From the NCBI GenBank assembly GCA_052327205.1, contig CM126225.1:38006001-38070000 (forward strand): DNA of 64,000 nt, written 5' to 3'. A program made the translations under genes and the position numbers. The notes under the pieces are model-generated. The model had not been told where the DNA came from. It saw only the letters and a list, made by a program, of their open reading frames with translations, and searched no databases. This document shows positions 37,090 to 49,320 of the stretch, piece after piece (position 1 is the stretch's first letter; each line of letters opens with the position of its first letter). Source of the stretch: Somniosus microcephalus (lineage: Eukaryota).

Positions 37090-38495
37090 GCTGAGATCAG
37101 CTATGGATCGAGCAAGAGACCTGCCTTTTCTGTTCAGCTCAGCCACTCATTGGATGAACTCTCTGAATCATTGGGGGAGTGTTTTGATTATTTTCATGGA
37201 ATTAACTTCTAAACTGCAATCCCTACTCTCTAACAGAGTACAATCTTTGCTGTGGTAGGTGTTTGCGGCTGCGTGATTTATGGAGTTCCTCTTCCATATT
37301 TGGCTCAAGTCCAGACGGGCATGGTTTAAGGAAGTGGAAACACTTTACAGTTTAAAACAAAGGTAGGTGGGAGCAGAACAGCACAGCATTCTGTGCAGAA
37401 GTTTCTTCATTTTCTCTGAAGACTTGGGGCTAAGTTCTGTAACCGTGATTCCGCCATAAAATAGTGTTACTTCCATGGTTAGCGGCACTGATCCAATTAA
37501 TTTGTCGTGCAAGCTGTGTTCTGCATTTTGATCTCCACTTTTTGTTGTGGTCGTTCGGTATTTGTTTTATTTGCCGTTTATTGTTGTATTTACAATGCAT
37601 AGGATTATGCATGTCACAAAAACATCATTTTTATGTTGTTGAATATTGGAATTTATTACTTAGCCTTTCACTAAATTGGAGGAGATGAAAAGTGTTAAAT
37701 ATAAGTTGCACAGAATTTGTCTCTCACTGGGTGTCCATTGAAAAAACAGTTTCCTACCATTTTGCTTCTCCTGCATGGCTTCTTGCTTCACGAGACTAAA
37801 CCTGGTGAATGCTTGTCTACTGTCGCTCTGGCCTAATTGACTACTGAAAGGTGCTCCGATAATTGAACAGGTAGTGTTTCAGCATGAGTGCCACATTGGC
37901 TCAGATCACTGGAGCACCATCGGGCAGTGTCATGCAGTGGTACAATGCTGGCTTCACTTCTGAGTTCCTGATCTTGGCTGCGCTCTTATGGGGAGATGCC
38001 TGGTATGCACTCGGTGGCTCTTCACTGTGTGGAGGGAAAATTGAAACTAAAATCATCCAGGGCCATTCATAGGACATAGAAAGGGAGGAATGGTTTGAGA
38101 CACTGAACATCAAACATATTTAAAGTAAAAAGAAGTTCCTAAAAGCATAACATTTGAGAATGCCATAGATGACGAGAGAATCTTGCATATGCTATCACTC
38201 GCACTCTATCAAGGTAGGAGTCATTATTAGTAAAAGCTAAAGAGAAATTGCCGCTCTCAACATCTGTAAAAAGGAAAGACTGGGTAACATTTTAGGTATC
38301 AGCCCTTCATCAAAAATGTTTACCTGTCTTTTCTCTTTACTGATACGAATGTTTTTCCTCCATTTTCTATTTTTATTTCAGAGTTCTAACATTTACAGCT
38401 TTTTATTTGTACTGCCTTTGTTGGTTTTATCTCATGCCCTCACATGGTCTTCCTTAACATTGGAAGGTGGCGAATACACTTCACTTCGGTGAGAT

Positions 38496-38591
38496 AGGCT
38501 TTAATTGCTGAACTAAATTTATTGAAAAGGCTTTAATTGCTGAACTAAATTTATTGAAAAGGCTTTAATTGCTGAACTAAATTTATTGAAA
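38496..38591. repeat. Tandem repeat, 3 x 32 bp, perfect
   Basis: Unit aggctttaattgctgaactaaatttattgaaa at 38496, 38528 and 38560. Confidence 0.95.
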
Positions 38592-38814
38592 GTAATCAAA
38601 TGAACAATAACTGTGACACGCTGAAAATTTTACAATAGTTATTAAACCTACCTAATTCAAGTAAGTAGAAAATAGTCACAATGTACATAATATTTTTTTG
38701 TTTTTTTATTACCATCCATGGAAGCTCTCCGGCCAGGCTATCTCTTTTCAAAGGCTTCAGATGAACTCTTTAATTTGAAACAGGCAGGTTAAGAAAAACA
38801 ACTGAACGTAAAAG

Positions 38815-39082
38815 AACCCATCGCGCTGTTTCAAAGAAGAGCAGGGGAATTATCCCTGATGTCTTGGTCAATATTTATCCCTCAATCAATATCAATAAAA
38901 GAGATTATCTGGTCATTATCACACTGCTGTTTATGGGAGCTTTCTGTGTGTAAATTGGCTGCCGCGTTTCCTACATTACAACAGTGACTACACTTCGAAA
39001 GTACAGTACTTTATTGGCTGTAAAGTGCTTTGGGACATCCGGTGGTCGTGAAAGGCGCTATGTAAATGCAAGTCTTTCTTTT
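38815..39082 (+). mobile_element. Deu-domain SINE, 3' part
   Basis: Reverse complement of about 26781-27050. Confidence 0.8.
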
Positions 39083-39638
39083 CCAAAAGAACTGCCAAAC
39101 AAATATGTGTTGGAATCAATCACATAACGTGCTTGCATTTTAATTGAATGCTTTAGACCTTCCCTACACCTTGTCCAGACTGGATTTGTAATAGTTGTAT
39201 CCAAATAAGGTGATTTTTAACCTCATGTAACATAAGCTAGTACCATGATATATCTTAGATAAAAATGTTTCAGCAAGGTCCTCCCATCAAATCAAGGCAC
39301 TGTCAAATATAAAGGACCTGACCTTTAGAGTTCTGATGTCATTGCAAACCCAGATTTTTGTAGGTCTTGGAATCTTCTGTAGGATTAAGTGCCTCTAATC
39401 TTTGTCCGCTAAACAGTTTTGTGCATCTATATGCTTGTGTCATGATGCTTTCCTGTATCATGATGCAACCCTGCACATCAATATCAAGGTCTTGGCTCCA
39501 AAACCCAGATCAACAGCATTGTTCATCATACGGCTGGTATACAAGTGGCTAGTATGTCAGCCCTATGCAAAGCACTCTGGAAATGGCAGTCTCTTACTCA
39601 TTGAGCTGGGCCAAGTATTTTTAATTATGTTTGACATT

Positions 39639-40520
39639 GGCCTGTATTTTCCGATCGGAGGCTTCCTGCGTGCGGAGGCCTCCGATCTGGAAAAAATCTA
39701 CGCCCTTACCTGAGGGCTCCCGAGGTCCGGCCATTTCCGCTCCTGGGCCTCTCCACGACGAAATGCACAGGGCTCACGTATCCCAGGGCCGCAGGCGGTT
39801 CAATTCAATTCAATTCAATTTTATTTGCCATATGTAACCAGTACTAGTACAATGGAATGCTTACTCCCCGTAGGGACACGTCAGCTATTCTTACAGCGCC
39901 GTGTTCAGAAAGTCAGTTCAATGGCTTCCAGTGGCAGTGGGAGCACGATGTCCGCAAGCGTCCCTGGGATCACGTGGGCCATGGGGAACCAATGAAAGAA
40001 GGGAATCTCCCGTCATACTTTTGACAGCTTAGTCCTGTCAAATATATGAATGGTGATTACTCCAAAAACACTTCAAAACATTAAATAATTTTTTTTTAAA
40101 TCACATTTTTAAAATTAGTTAAAATTACATTAAATTTAATATTTTAAAGAAAAATTTAATTTTTTGAAAAAAATTAATGTTTTTTACAGGGCTAAAAATA
40201 AACTTACCTTTTTGAAAGTATTTTATAAAATTATGAATGAGTGGGAAAAAATGTCAACTCTTATGCTGGTAAAAGCAGGCCTTACGCCTGCTTTTACCAG
40301 GCGTAAGATTTTTAATGGATTTCAGCGGGCGGAGGTTCTGCAGAAAGCAGAACTATCCCCCCCCCCGCAGAGGCCCTTCTCCAGGGCAGGCGTAATTCTT
40401 GACAGATCAGAAATGCCGGTTTTCAGCGCATGCACTTCGCATGCCTGAAACTGGCACTTGCGAGGTCCCTACGGGTGTGTACACAGCTCGGACACACCCG
40501 TAGGCATCGGAAAAAAACCT
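39639..40520. mobile_element. CpG-rich Harbinger-like MITE with a nested LINE tail (about 39798-39940)
   Basis: Ends ggcctgtattttccgat / atcggaaaaaaacc; architecture like 22936-23674. The nested (ttcaa)n+tttatttgccatatg looks like the reverse of a LINE 3' end. Confidence 0.55.
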
Positions 40521-43500
40521 TTCTGGACAAGCTGTTGACTGAAAATACACCTTGCTCTGTTGCTTCGAGCATTTCCTTTCCTGGCTTACTGTAGGCTTCA
40601 CAGTTGCTGACACTGGTACACACCAACCTATGGACAAAAACAGGTCTCCATTTTATGCATCAGCCTGCGATGGGCATACGGGAAAAGTGTCAGCAGATTG
40701 CAATATGAATTGGAGATAATGACGCACAAAGTCTTGAGTGTCACTCTCTTGGGATATGTTCATTGAGTTAAAAGTGCTTAATTTCATGTTCCTTCATCCC
40801 ATGTTGGTTTTGTTTAAACATCATCAATTGGAAATTGAAAGTACATTTGGCCCAGTCTCTCAAAGCCTAGCATTTGTTCGTAATCAATTGGATGTCTCTT
40901 GTATTCTTTCAGTATCCTGAGGCTGAATCATGTCACCAATTCGTTTTATTAGTGCTAAGGTGCCATTATTACAATACAATGTTCTGGAGGTTGTCAGGAG
41001 TTGTTGAGTGTGGGTTCTTTGAGTGATGGACTTAATCATTTTTATTAAAGAGATGAGTGATGTGATGTTAACAAAAATAATTCTGAATGGAGATGCTTTT
41101 AATTAGCCTACACATGTATTTGATCAAGCTGGTGTTTGACTGCAGAATAGCATATTGGAGGTGTCTGAGGATGTGTCTGTTTTGTGTCCCCTACAAGTTG
41201 CTTCCTGTTTGACAGTTTGAAATGAGCAAATCCAAGATCTATGGTGAGATATCGCACTCGACTCCGCATACTTTCTCATGTGATCAAACAGATACAGAGA
41301 GCCCTGGTAATACTACTTTTTCAACATCTTTTCATGGTACAATACATAGGAATCATGATCAGAAATGTTTTTTTTGCTTCTCACTGTTGAGTTTCTGGGT
41401 CTGTGCCAATTAACCCTTTCACTCCTAAGTTCCGAAGGATTCCACTTGACCCGTATTGGTGACGGTAATTATATTTCATTCAGCGTAAGTGAGACTTGAT
41501 CCATCACAGCATCTGAGCAGTAGTTAAACAAGGCACAATCAAGATTTATATTACCCGTTATGCCCTGGGTGGAAGATGCGACCTCCGTGGGTCAAGCCCC
41601 GTCGGCCCTGGCCTCTAGGCTCGCTCGTCTGCTCGGTGTGATGGGTGTGGGTCCTCCGCCAACCCGAAATCCTCCTCGCCTCAACTGGTGGATGTTCCCA
41701 AGCTTCTTGCCGAATGCCTCTACAACCTAAGTGTTTGAGAGACCCCTTCTTAAATTTCTCCTTCCCAGCAAAGTCTATGGGGACCAGTTAACCCAATCAT
41801 TGACTTACACCTGAAACCCCCTGTTCAATTACAGGGATGCCACATACCTAATGATCCTGCCTGCCTTGTCAGGCCCTCATCTCATGACATCCTGACATCA
41901 TCTGTTTTTGACCATCAAGAACCATATCGGGGTAGTTATGACAATACAAAAGCAACACATCTCCAATGTAGAGATATGGAACCTTGCTTTAAACTATAAT
42001 TAATAATTTAGTTCAGGTGAGTTAGTAAGGGAATATAAAGATAGAGACTTCCCAGGATTCTCTCATTCCTTCTAAAAGCTTATTATTGATTATGTTTGGT
42101 CCCAGTTTTCTATTTTTGAATTCCCAATTAAGTTTATTTGCGCCCATCCTCGAGCAGCTGGTTCAGCAGGCCCTTAGTCAGAATTTTCTTAGGATTTGAA
42201 CCACTTCAAGAGTTTATCTGTCAGAGATGCTTTTTATACTGAGCCAGTGAGGTTTCCCCTGCAGTGGGAGTTTTGTCGAACTCAAGAGTTTGAAAACATT
42301 TAGGTGTCAAGACCAAGCACTCATCCCTAGCCGAGAAAGTGTGTCTAATAATCCATTCACTTAAAGCTACTTTTATATTGGTGCTATTTTAATTAGGATA
42401 CTGGCATCTCTGAGACAGCTATCCATGGGCATTTACACTCCCATATTCCAATGGCAGTCTCATAAACCGAGTTTTTCACGGGACTGAGAGTCTACCATCA
42501 GGAAAAGAGAGTTGGATTTAGTAGCGTAAATGCTGGGGACCATGCAAGCCAAACTAAAACAGCATTTGACCTCAAATATTGCCAATGAAGAAACGTCTTT
42601 GGAGACAACTCTGTAAAATAAACAAAGCAACGGAGACACCCAATCGCTTTGGGAGGGAGTTTAGTCGGGTGCTTCCTCTAACTCCAAGGTGCCCTAGCAA
42701 CACAAAGGTCATGTCTGCCATTTTGGGCCTCTCAGCATGGCAGGTGGGGGGGGTGGTGTCTGACCTTTCATCCCACCCATATTGGCCAGAAGTGTGCTTT
42801 CAGCTTTGTTGCTCTGTATGAATGTTCTCTCAACACCGGCCAGGCCTTACCTAAAACTAGGTCTGGTCCTGTAGTTTCTAACCCTGTGTATGAATTTAGT
42901 ATGTGAACGTTAAAAATATTTTCAAATATAATAAACAAAGGCTAGCTGACATGAATACATTGGATCACATCTGCAAGAGCAGCATTGCTTTCAGCAGTGT
43001 TTTTGCCTTTCCTTGACCAGTGCTACAATAGGCTGATTCAGATTGCCAGCCCCATAATTTGTGCTACTACGTGTTTCTTACTGCAGTGCTGAAATGTGCA
43101 GTTTGGCTGGTTCTCGGGCAGTGTGGTCCAGTCGTGGCCGAGTGTACTTCGTAGTTTGAACCTTGCTGTAGCTGCACCGTCCTCTCTGAGTAATTCTGAT
43201 CGCTGTTTCCTGCACATTGTGTTCTTGCATTTCAAATGTAGTGTTGATTGAATTCACTGCGCTGGCTGCATTATTTCATTGCCTACTTTGTAATGTAATT
43301 GCGAATCGACAATCCGACGCTGCCCTGAATACAAACTCACATTTTGTATCTGATTCAGTGCAAATACTAACAAAGTAGGATTTTTAACCAATTTTGTGCT
43401 TCCGGTGGGACGCTGCTTTCAACAGGGATGAGAGTCGGAGATAAAGTTACCACAGTGCAGCATCAATTCTCTAACCTTTGCACTCTACATGTGCAGCTCC

Positions 43501-43837
43501 CGATAGTAACATGACATCACTGAATTTACCCTCATGTCCCAGAAATTGATGTGCGCATGTATGAAGATCCACATACAGCGCCAGATATAACAGGGTCTTC
43601 AACTTTTTCAACAAAACTCCAGAAGCAGTTGTATGTGGAATGGAGTGGCCCAAAATTCCCTGGGCCGCAATCCCATTGCTGACGCTGGGTTTGCAACCAC
43701 TGGTACCCGCCAGCTCTGACCTCGCCGCAATATGTGGGGTTGAGGAAGGGCAACTGCCACTTCAGGCACATCTTGGGTACCTGCCTGTCCCAAGTTGCCG
43801 GGAAATCCAGCCTCTGGCTTCTAGATGGGATCCCTGG

Positions 43838-44017
43838 TGTTAAGTCCGTGAATGATTGAGACACGGACTAGCAGGAGTGAAAACAACAGATCTTTACTGG
43901 TGAAAGGTAATAACGAAACTAAACAACAGAGGCTCTCTAGCGCCTTTTATACAGGGGTGGTCACTGCCGGTACTGCAGTCTGAGACCAGTTATTCTCTTA
44001 AAGGTACATACACAACA
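43838..44017 (-). mobile_element. Solo LTR, 180 bp, probably Ty3/gypsy
   Basis: TGTT...AACA termini and 5-bp TSD CCTGG (43833-43837, 44018-44022). Minus strand has tataaaa followed by agtaaa. Confidence 0.8.
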
Positions 44018-44060
44018 CCTGGAAGCACAGGAACATTAGCCCCAAGCGACCCACTTTGTA

Positions 44061-44650
44061 ATCATAGAATGATACAGCACAGAAGGGCATTCAGTCCATC
44101 GTGCCTATACCGGCTCTTTGGTAGAACTATCCAGCTAGTCCCACTCCCTCGCTCTTTCCCTATAGCCGTGCAATTTTTTTTGCCTTCAAGTATTTATCCA
44201 ATTCCCTTTTGAGAGTTATCAGTGAATCTATTTCCACCACCCTTTCAGACAGTGCATTCCCGACCACAACAATTCACTGTCGCCTCTGGTTCTTTTGCCA
44301 ATCACAAATCTGTGTGTAATAAAAACAGAAAATGCTGGAGATACTCAGCAGGTCAGGCAGCATCTGTGAAGAGAGAAACAGAGTTAACGTTTCAGGTCGA
44401 TGACCTTTTGTCAGAACTCTGTGTGTCCTGGAGCTGACCCTTCTGCCACTGGAAACGGTTTCTTATTTACTGTATCAAAACTGTTCATGATTTTGAACAC
44501 CTCTATCAAATCTCCTCTTAATCTTTTCTGCTCTAAGGAGAACAACCCCAGCTTCTCCAGTCTCTACTCATAACCGAAGGCCCTTACCCCAGAAATCTAG
44601 TAAATCTCTTCTGCACCCTGTTAAGGCCTTGACATCCTTCCTAAAGTGTA
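44061..44650 (-). mobile_element. CR1 3' fragment interrupted by a solo PLE end (about 44318-44417)
   Basis: aatcatagaatgatacagcacagaagg tail. The PLE piece is flanked by a tctgtgtgt duplication and its hammerhead core is mutated to CTGACAA. Confidence 0.8.
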
Positions 44651-45405
44651 ATGGGACTGTGTTAATTAAAAACAAATTGCCTGGTGGAAATCTTTGGAAT
44701 TCCAGGCTTATTCCATGGCCTGGAAACCCGCTCTCCCCTGTAGGGCCCACTTCCACCTTTCAAGAGTTGGCATGCCTCTACTCACTCACTGTACCGGACT
44801 CTAAAACTAAGCTGGGTCTATGTGAGGCCTGGGTGCGTGGCCTGCTGACCTCGGGAGCCCCTGCCCCCTCTTCAGCCGATGGCATTTTAGGGGCAGGCAG
44901 GGGTCACGCCCACCTTTCAAACTTTGCCCAGTATCCTGGACCAGACGTTTTGAGATCCTGGCAAAGTTTGTGGCTGTTCCAGCAGGCCCCAACTGAAGTT
45001 ATGGCGGCACTCCACCAGAGGAGCCAAGGAATCTCAGCCCGTGTGTGTTTAATAATAAATAGTATCTGAGGTACAAGACAGGCACTTCTCCTTCTGTCTT
45101 TATTTTTCCGTTCCTTACTCAAGTTGCTTCTTTATATCTAACTTCCCCATCTCTTCCGTAAGGGAGGTGCCCCAGCTCCACCTACTGACTGCTCCACCCC
45201 TCAGAATTGTTGCACATGGCATCACAGTGCACCTATAACCTGGTCCATCGGCTACCAGTCCTGTCCTAATCCTGGAGCCAGTCGACACACTCCAATATGT
45301 AGACTTCAGTGTGCTTGGCTAAAGGAGGGAGGTTGTACATACTGGGTGCAGTTTTCTTTAATCAAAAATTTGGAATGATCATGTGCATGCACACACTAAC
45401 TCTCT

Positions 45406-46162
45406 GGGCTGGATTTTTCCAGCCCTGGGGAGGCAGGTTTGGAGGCGGGACTACCGGGAAAATGACAGAATTTGGGGGTGGGTGCCATCTTGCCAGGAGG
45501 CGGGTAGCTGTCCCACGCCAGGTCCAGTCTCCTTTGAGGTGGAAAGGGGTTACAGCCACTTAACTGCCAGTTAACAGGCAGATAAGAGGATTATCCCCAT
45601 TTTGCCCACACATGTACGGGCTTCCCGAAGGTTCCGAAACCCGCCAGGGTCGCTGACGCGAGTAGTGGGTCTGCGGGGTGCAAAAGTGCGCTGTGAAGGG
45701 TGCAAGTGTGGAGAGGTGAGTATGTGAGGTAAGCGGAAAGTGTTAGAAAAAGTTTACTTACCTTTGTTTCTTCCTGCAGGCTTCAATCGTTGGGGATGCG
45801 GAGAGTCTCGCATCTCCGCGGCAGAGATGACAGATGGCCGTTGCATTCTCCAATGCAACAACCATCTAATTTCTGCAAAAGAAAGAGGTTTGATGAGTCT
45901 TGAATTCAAGACCTCATCAAACTACAGAGAATGTCAGCGTTTGACAGCCTCTCAAAATTGTAAAATTTTTGACAGATGTAACGTCATACGCTGACATTCT
46001 CTGTAACTGGCTTTCCCTTAATTGGCCTGCTAAACCCACTGGGCAGACTTAACAAGGTCAATCAAGGGAAAATAGCATGGCCAGAAGTTGATGGAGGCGG
46101 GATTGAAACCTGACAAATGGGAGTCGTGCCTCCAAAAGCTCCGCATTGATAAAATCCAGCCT
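45406..46162. mobile_element. Harbinger-like MITE
   Basis: TIRs gggctggatttt / aaaatccagcct with a 3-bp tct duplication. Confidence 0.7.
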
Positions 46163-46849
46163 TCTGATTCAGAGGAAAACAGAGCAGCAGCTCTGAGGCA
46201 CAAACATCTCTGTCAGCCTAAAGGAGGTGACGTTTTGTATTGCACTTCATTCACATCAACACCGGAGTCCTTCGCAAATATAACAGCAGCAACAAGGGCA
46301 CTGAAATTCGACCTTGCCAGTCAACACATGCAAAAAGTCAATTGCAACACTTCACTACAAATATGTGTCGGTTGTAACTCGGGTATGGTTAGTTGAGTTG
46401 TTTACATCATTTTCAGTGGCTACCTATTGATTTCCTTTTCCCTTCTGTACTCTGTTTTGATCGATTTGAGACAGGAGAAAGATTCTCTGTTGGTTGGATG
46501 GAGGCTCAGCAAGTGTTAAGTTGTCAATTTGCCTTGAAGTGGCGTGCAGTGCAGCCCTACCAGTGCAGGCTGAATGGTCAAGCCCAACCTTCTCAAATGT
46601 TCTTACAGTAGTAGAATTCTTAGAGGTTAAGCCCTGAGACTTTACCCTTTGCCCTAAAAGAAGAACAAGCTTCTAATGAAGTTTTTTTGAAAGGGAGGAA
46701 TTTCTTGTGAACAAACAAACAAAGTTTAAATCCCTGCTGATGAACCTGGAGCTGTCTCCCAGATTATGTCACTGTGTTTGCTCTACGATACACATTAAAG
46801 TCTGGAACGGATCTGAATTTGTACTCTTAACGAGGTCCTAAAATATGGA

Positions 46850-47010
46850 TTTTCCTGTCCTAAACCTTTCCGCCTCTCTACCTCTCTCACCTTCTTTAAG
46901 ACGCTCCTTAAAATCTCCCTGTCCTAACATCTCCTTATGTGGATTGCTGTCATATTTTGTCTGATAACGCTCCTGTGAAGGTGCTATATAAATGCAAGTT
47001 GTTGTTGTTA
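46850..47010 (+). mobile_element. L2 3' end
   Basis: cctaaacctttccgcctctctacctctctc...gctatataaatgcaagttgttgttgtt. Confidence 0.75.
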
Positions 47011-47244
47011 CTTGCAGATGGACTTGCCAGTAGAGTAGGTCACTTTAGACTGTGAAATGCAAAATGACGATTAGTTAAAAGTGCAATTGCTCCTCCGTTT
47101 CTTCAATATAATATATACTTGCTGGAGTGCCCGGCGGTGCCTAGTGTTTTTTGAGGGCATCATGTTATGAAAAAAGTAGAAATAATTTTTATTATATATA
47201 TAAATGAGTTTGTCTGTCTGTGTGGGAAGGCGAAAGAGAGAGAC

Positions 47245-47701
47245 TGGGGCGGGGGGAGAGAGACTGGGGGGGGTGTGTGTGGGGGGGTGGGTGTGTGGGG
47301 GGGGAGGGGGGTGGGGTGGGTGTGTGGGGGGGAGGGGTGTGTGGGGGGGAGGGGTGTGGGAGGGGGGTGGGGTGGGTGTGTGGGGGGGTGGGGGGTGGGT
47401 GGGGGGTGGGGTGGGTGTGTGGGGGGGTGGGGTGGGTGTGTGGGGGGGTGGGGTGGGTGTGTGGGGGGGAGGGGTGTGTGGGGGGGAGGGGTGTGTGGGG
47501 GGGAGGGGTGTGGGGGGGGGAGGGGGTGTGTGTGGGGGGGGAGGGGGGTGTGGGGGGGGTGTGGTGTGGGGGGAGGGGGGGTGGGGTGGGTGTGTGGGGG
47601 GGAGGGGGGTGGGTGTGTGTGGGGGGGGAGGGGGGTGGGTGTGTGGGGGAGGGGGGTGGGTGTGTGGGGGAGGGGGAAGGGGGGGTGTTGCGGGGGGGGG
47701 C
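47245..47701 (+). repeat. G-rich minisatellite-like tract, G-quadruplex-prone
   Basis: About 450 bp of G3-G9 runs joined by T, A or TGTGT; essentially no C on this strand. Confidence 0.95.
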
Positions 47702-48305
47702 GTTCTTGGGCCGCACGGTTGACGCCGCGGGGAAGGCCGTGCGCGGCGGCTCCCACTCCCGACCGTCGCAGCGGCTTGCCTGCGGCCTAGTCGAGGGGGG
47801 GAAAGCCCGAGTCCCCGGCCCGCAGCCGCAAACGGAGCCGAGCCCCGGGACCGGGCCGAGGGGGGGAAAGCCCGAGGCCCCAGCTGCCCATTGGGCCCGC
47901 CGCACCGCGCACCATCGCTGATCCGCTCCAGCCGGCCGCCGCTGCTTGAGGAGTTAATGTCTGGAGGTTTGAATAAAGTTGAGAGGAGTGAGGAGGGAAG
48001 TCTTCTCTCTGCACCTTTGCTCAAGAATCCTGCTGAAACGCCGAGTGGGAGCGGGATACTGTGCCGGAGCCGCAATGTGGGGATTTGTTGTGCTGTCGCT
48101 GTCAGTATTAAAAAAAAAAAATGGCGGCGACGTTTCGGGAGGCTGCAGGATTAGGCCCGCCCACACACGGAATGAAACGCCCCCCGTGACACACCGATTG
48201 GTCAACCATCAGGTCACTGAACTGCAGGATTGGTCAACCATCACGTCACTCAACGCTAATGAGCGGTAGGATTGGTCAACCGCTAATGAGCGGATTTTTG
48301 AACGT
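47700..48305 (-). promoter_or_regulatory. CpG-island promoter and probable first exon of an unidentified gene
   Basis: High CpG density. GATTGGTCAACC (inverted CCAAT) at 48196, 48228 and 48270; CRE-like TCACGTCA at 48241; GC box GGCCCGCCC at 48154; YY1-type AAAATGGCGGC at about 48118-48128. Direction inferred from motif order. Confidence 0.72.
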
Positions 48306-49183
48306 TTTTTGTATACTGTCCAAACAATTTTTGTCTGACGTTCCTTTGTCCACTAGTTTACTGTAGGCATTAACCTGTTTATTTTTAAACCGGTTAGTAT
48401 TTGCATTAAAATAACAGGGTGTAGAATGTCATCGAAACATGTTAAACAGGGGAATGCTAATATCACAAGCAGTTATTTCTTACACTGAGTTGCCTAAATT
48501 TGCTTTACAGGAAGCTCGGAATCTCAGTAAAACCATTTGTAGAAGTCATGGGTAAATGTAAGAAAATATATATAGGATAATAATTACAGGGCAGTAATAC
48601 AATGAATGGTTCACATGACATTATAAACTACAAGGGTACTTTCTGTATCGTGTGATTACCGGCAATGTGGAACAGGTCCAGTCTGAACGAGTGCTAACGC
48701 ATCTTATGCACATTTGAGTCTTGCCCCGTAAAGCAGCTGATCATTTGTACAAATAGAGAACATGGAGTGTTCCACACAACTAACAGTCCAAAGTACTGTA
48801 TCTTTGTTGTGGTTTCATTTTATCCCTCTTCCCTGCCAAGTATTAACTCTTGCTTGGGTACAGTTCCATGGGTACTGTCGGTTTTCGGCATCACATCCGC
48901 AAGAGCATTCTTCGTATTTAAGCAACAGAAGTGATTGTTGGCAGGCTATTGGAGGGATTCACCTAACAATCCTGATTTGGTTTTCTCTTAACATCCAGGC
49001 ATGTGCACTTTCCAGTATGAATTGCCAGAAAGGGATCAGAAGTGGGAACCTTGGCTGATTTTTTTTTAAACCCCTCCTAGTTAAAGGGTGCTGAGGTCAA
49101 TTGAAGCAACTCAACTGCTGCGTAGGTGAGATCAGTTAGCTCGGCAAATTCTGGGAATCAAGCCATCTCCAATTATAGCTTAT

Positions 49184-49320
49184 ACAAAAGCAAAATACTG
49201 CGGATGCTGGAAATCTGAAATAATAACAGAAAATGCTGGAAATGCTCAGCTGGTCAGGCAGCATCTGTGGAGCGAGTAACAGAGTTAATGTTTCAGGTCA
49301 ATGACCTTTCATCAGAACTG
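49184..49320 (-). mobile_element. Solo PLE 3' end with hammerhead core
   Basis: Minus strand AGTT-CTGATGA-AAGGTC-ATT-GACCT-GAAA-CA-TT-AACT followed by the tailed 3' end. Confidence 0.8.

Noticed and set aside
38496-38591. 32-bp repeats as a CRISPR array
   Set aside because: No spacers, no cas genes, eukaryotic context.
41457-41943. Possible second solo LTR, and a piggyBac-like TTAACCCTT end at about 41410
   Set aside because: Composition is LTR-like and it ends in tgaca, but no matching TSD or partner terminus could be found.
47071-48075. Long Pro/His/Thr-rich and Gly/Val-rich ORFs in all six frames
   Set aside because: Produced by the G-run tract, which lacks stop codons; no protein-like complexity.
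48121-48189. ATGGCGGCGACG as a plus-strand start codon
   Set aside because: The frame closes after 22 codons and runs into the CCAAT boxes; better explained as a YY1 motif.
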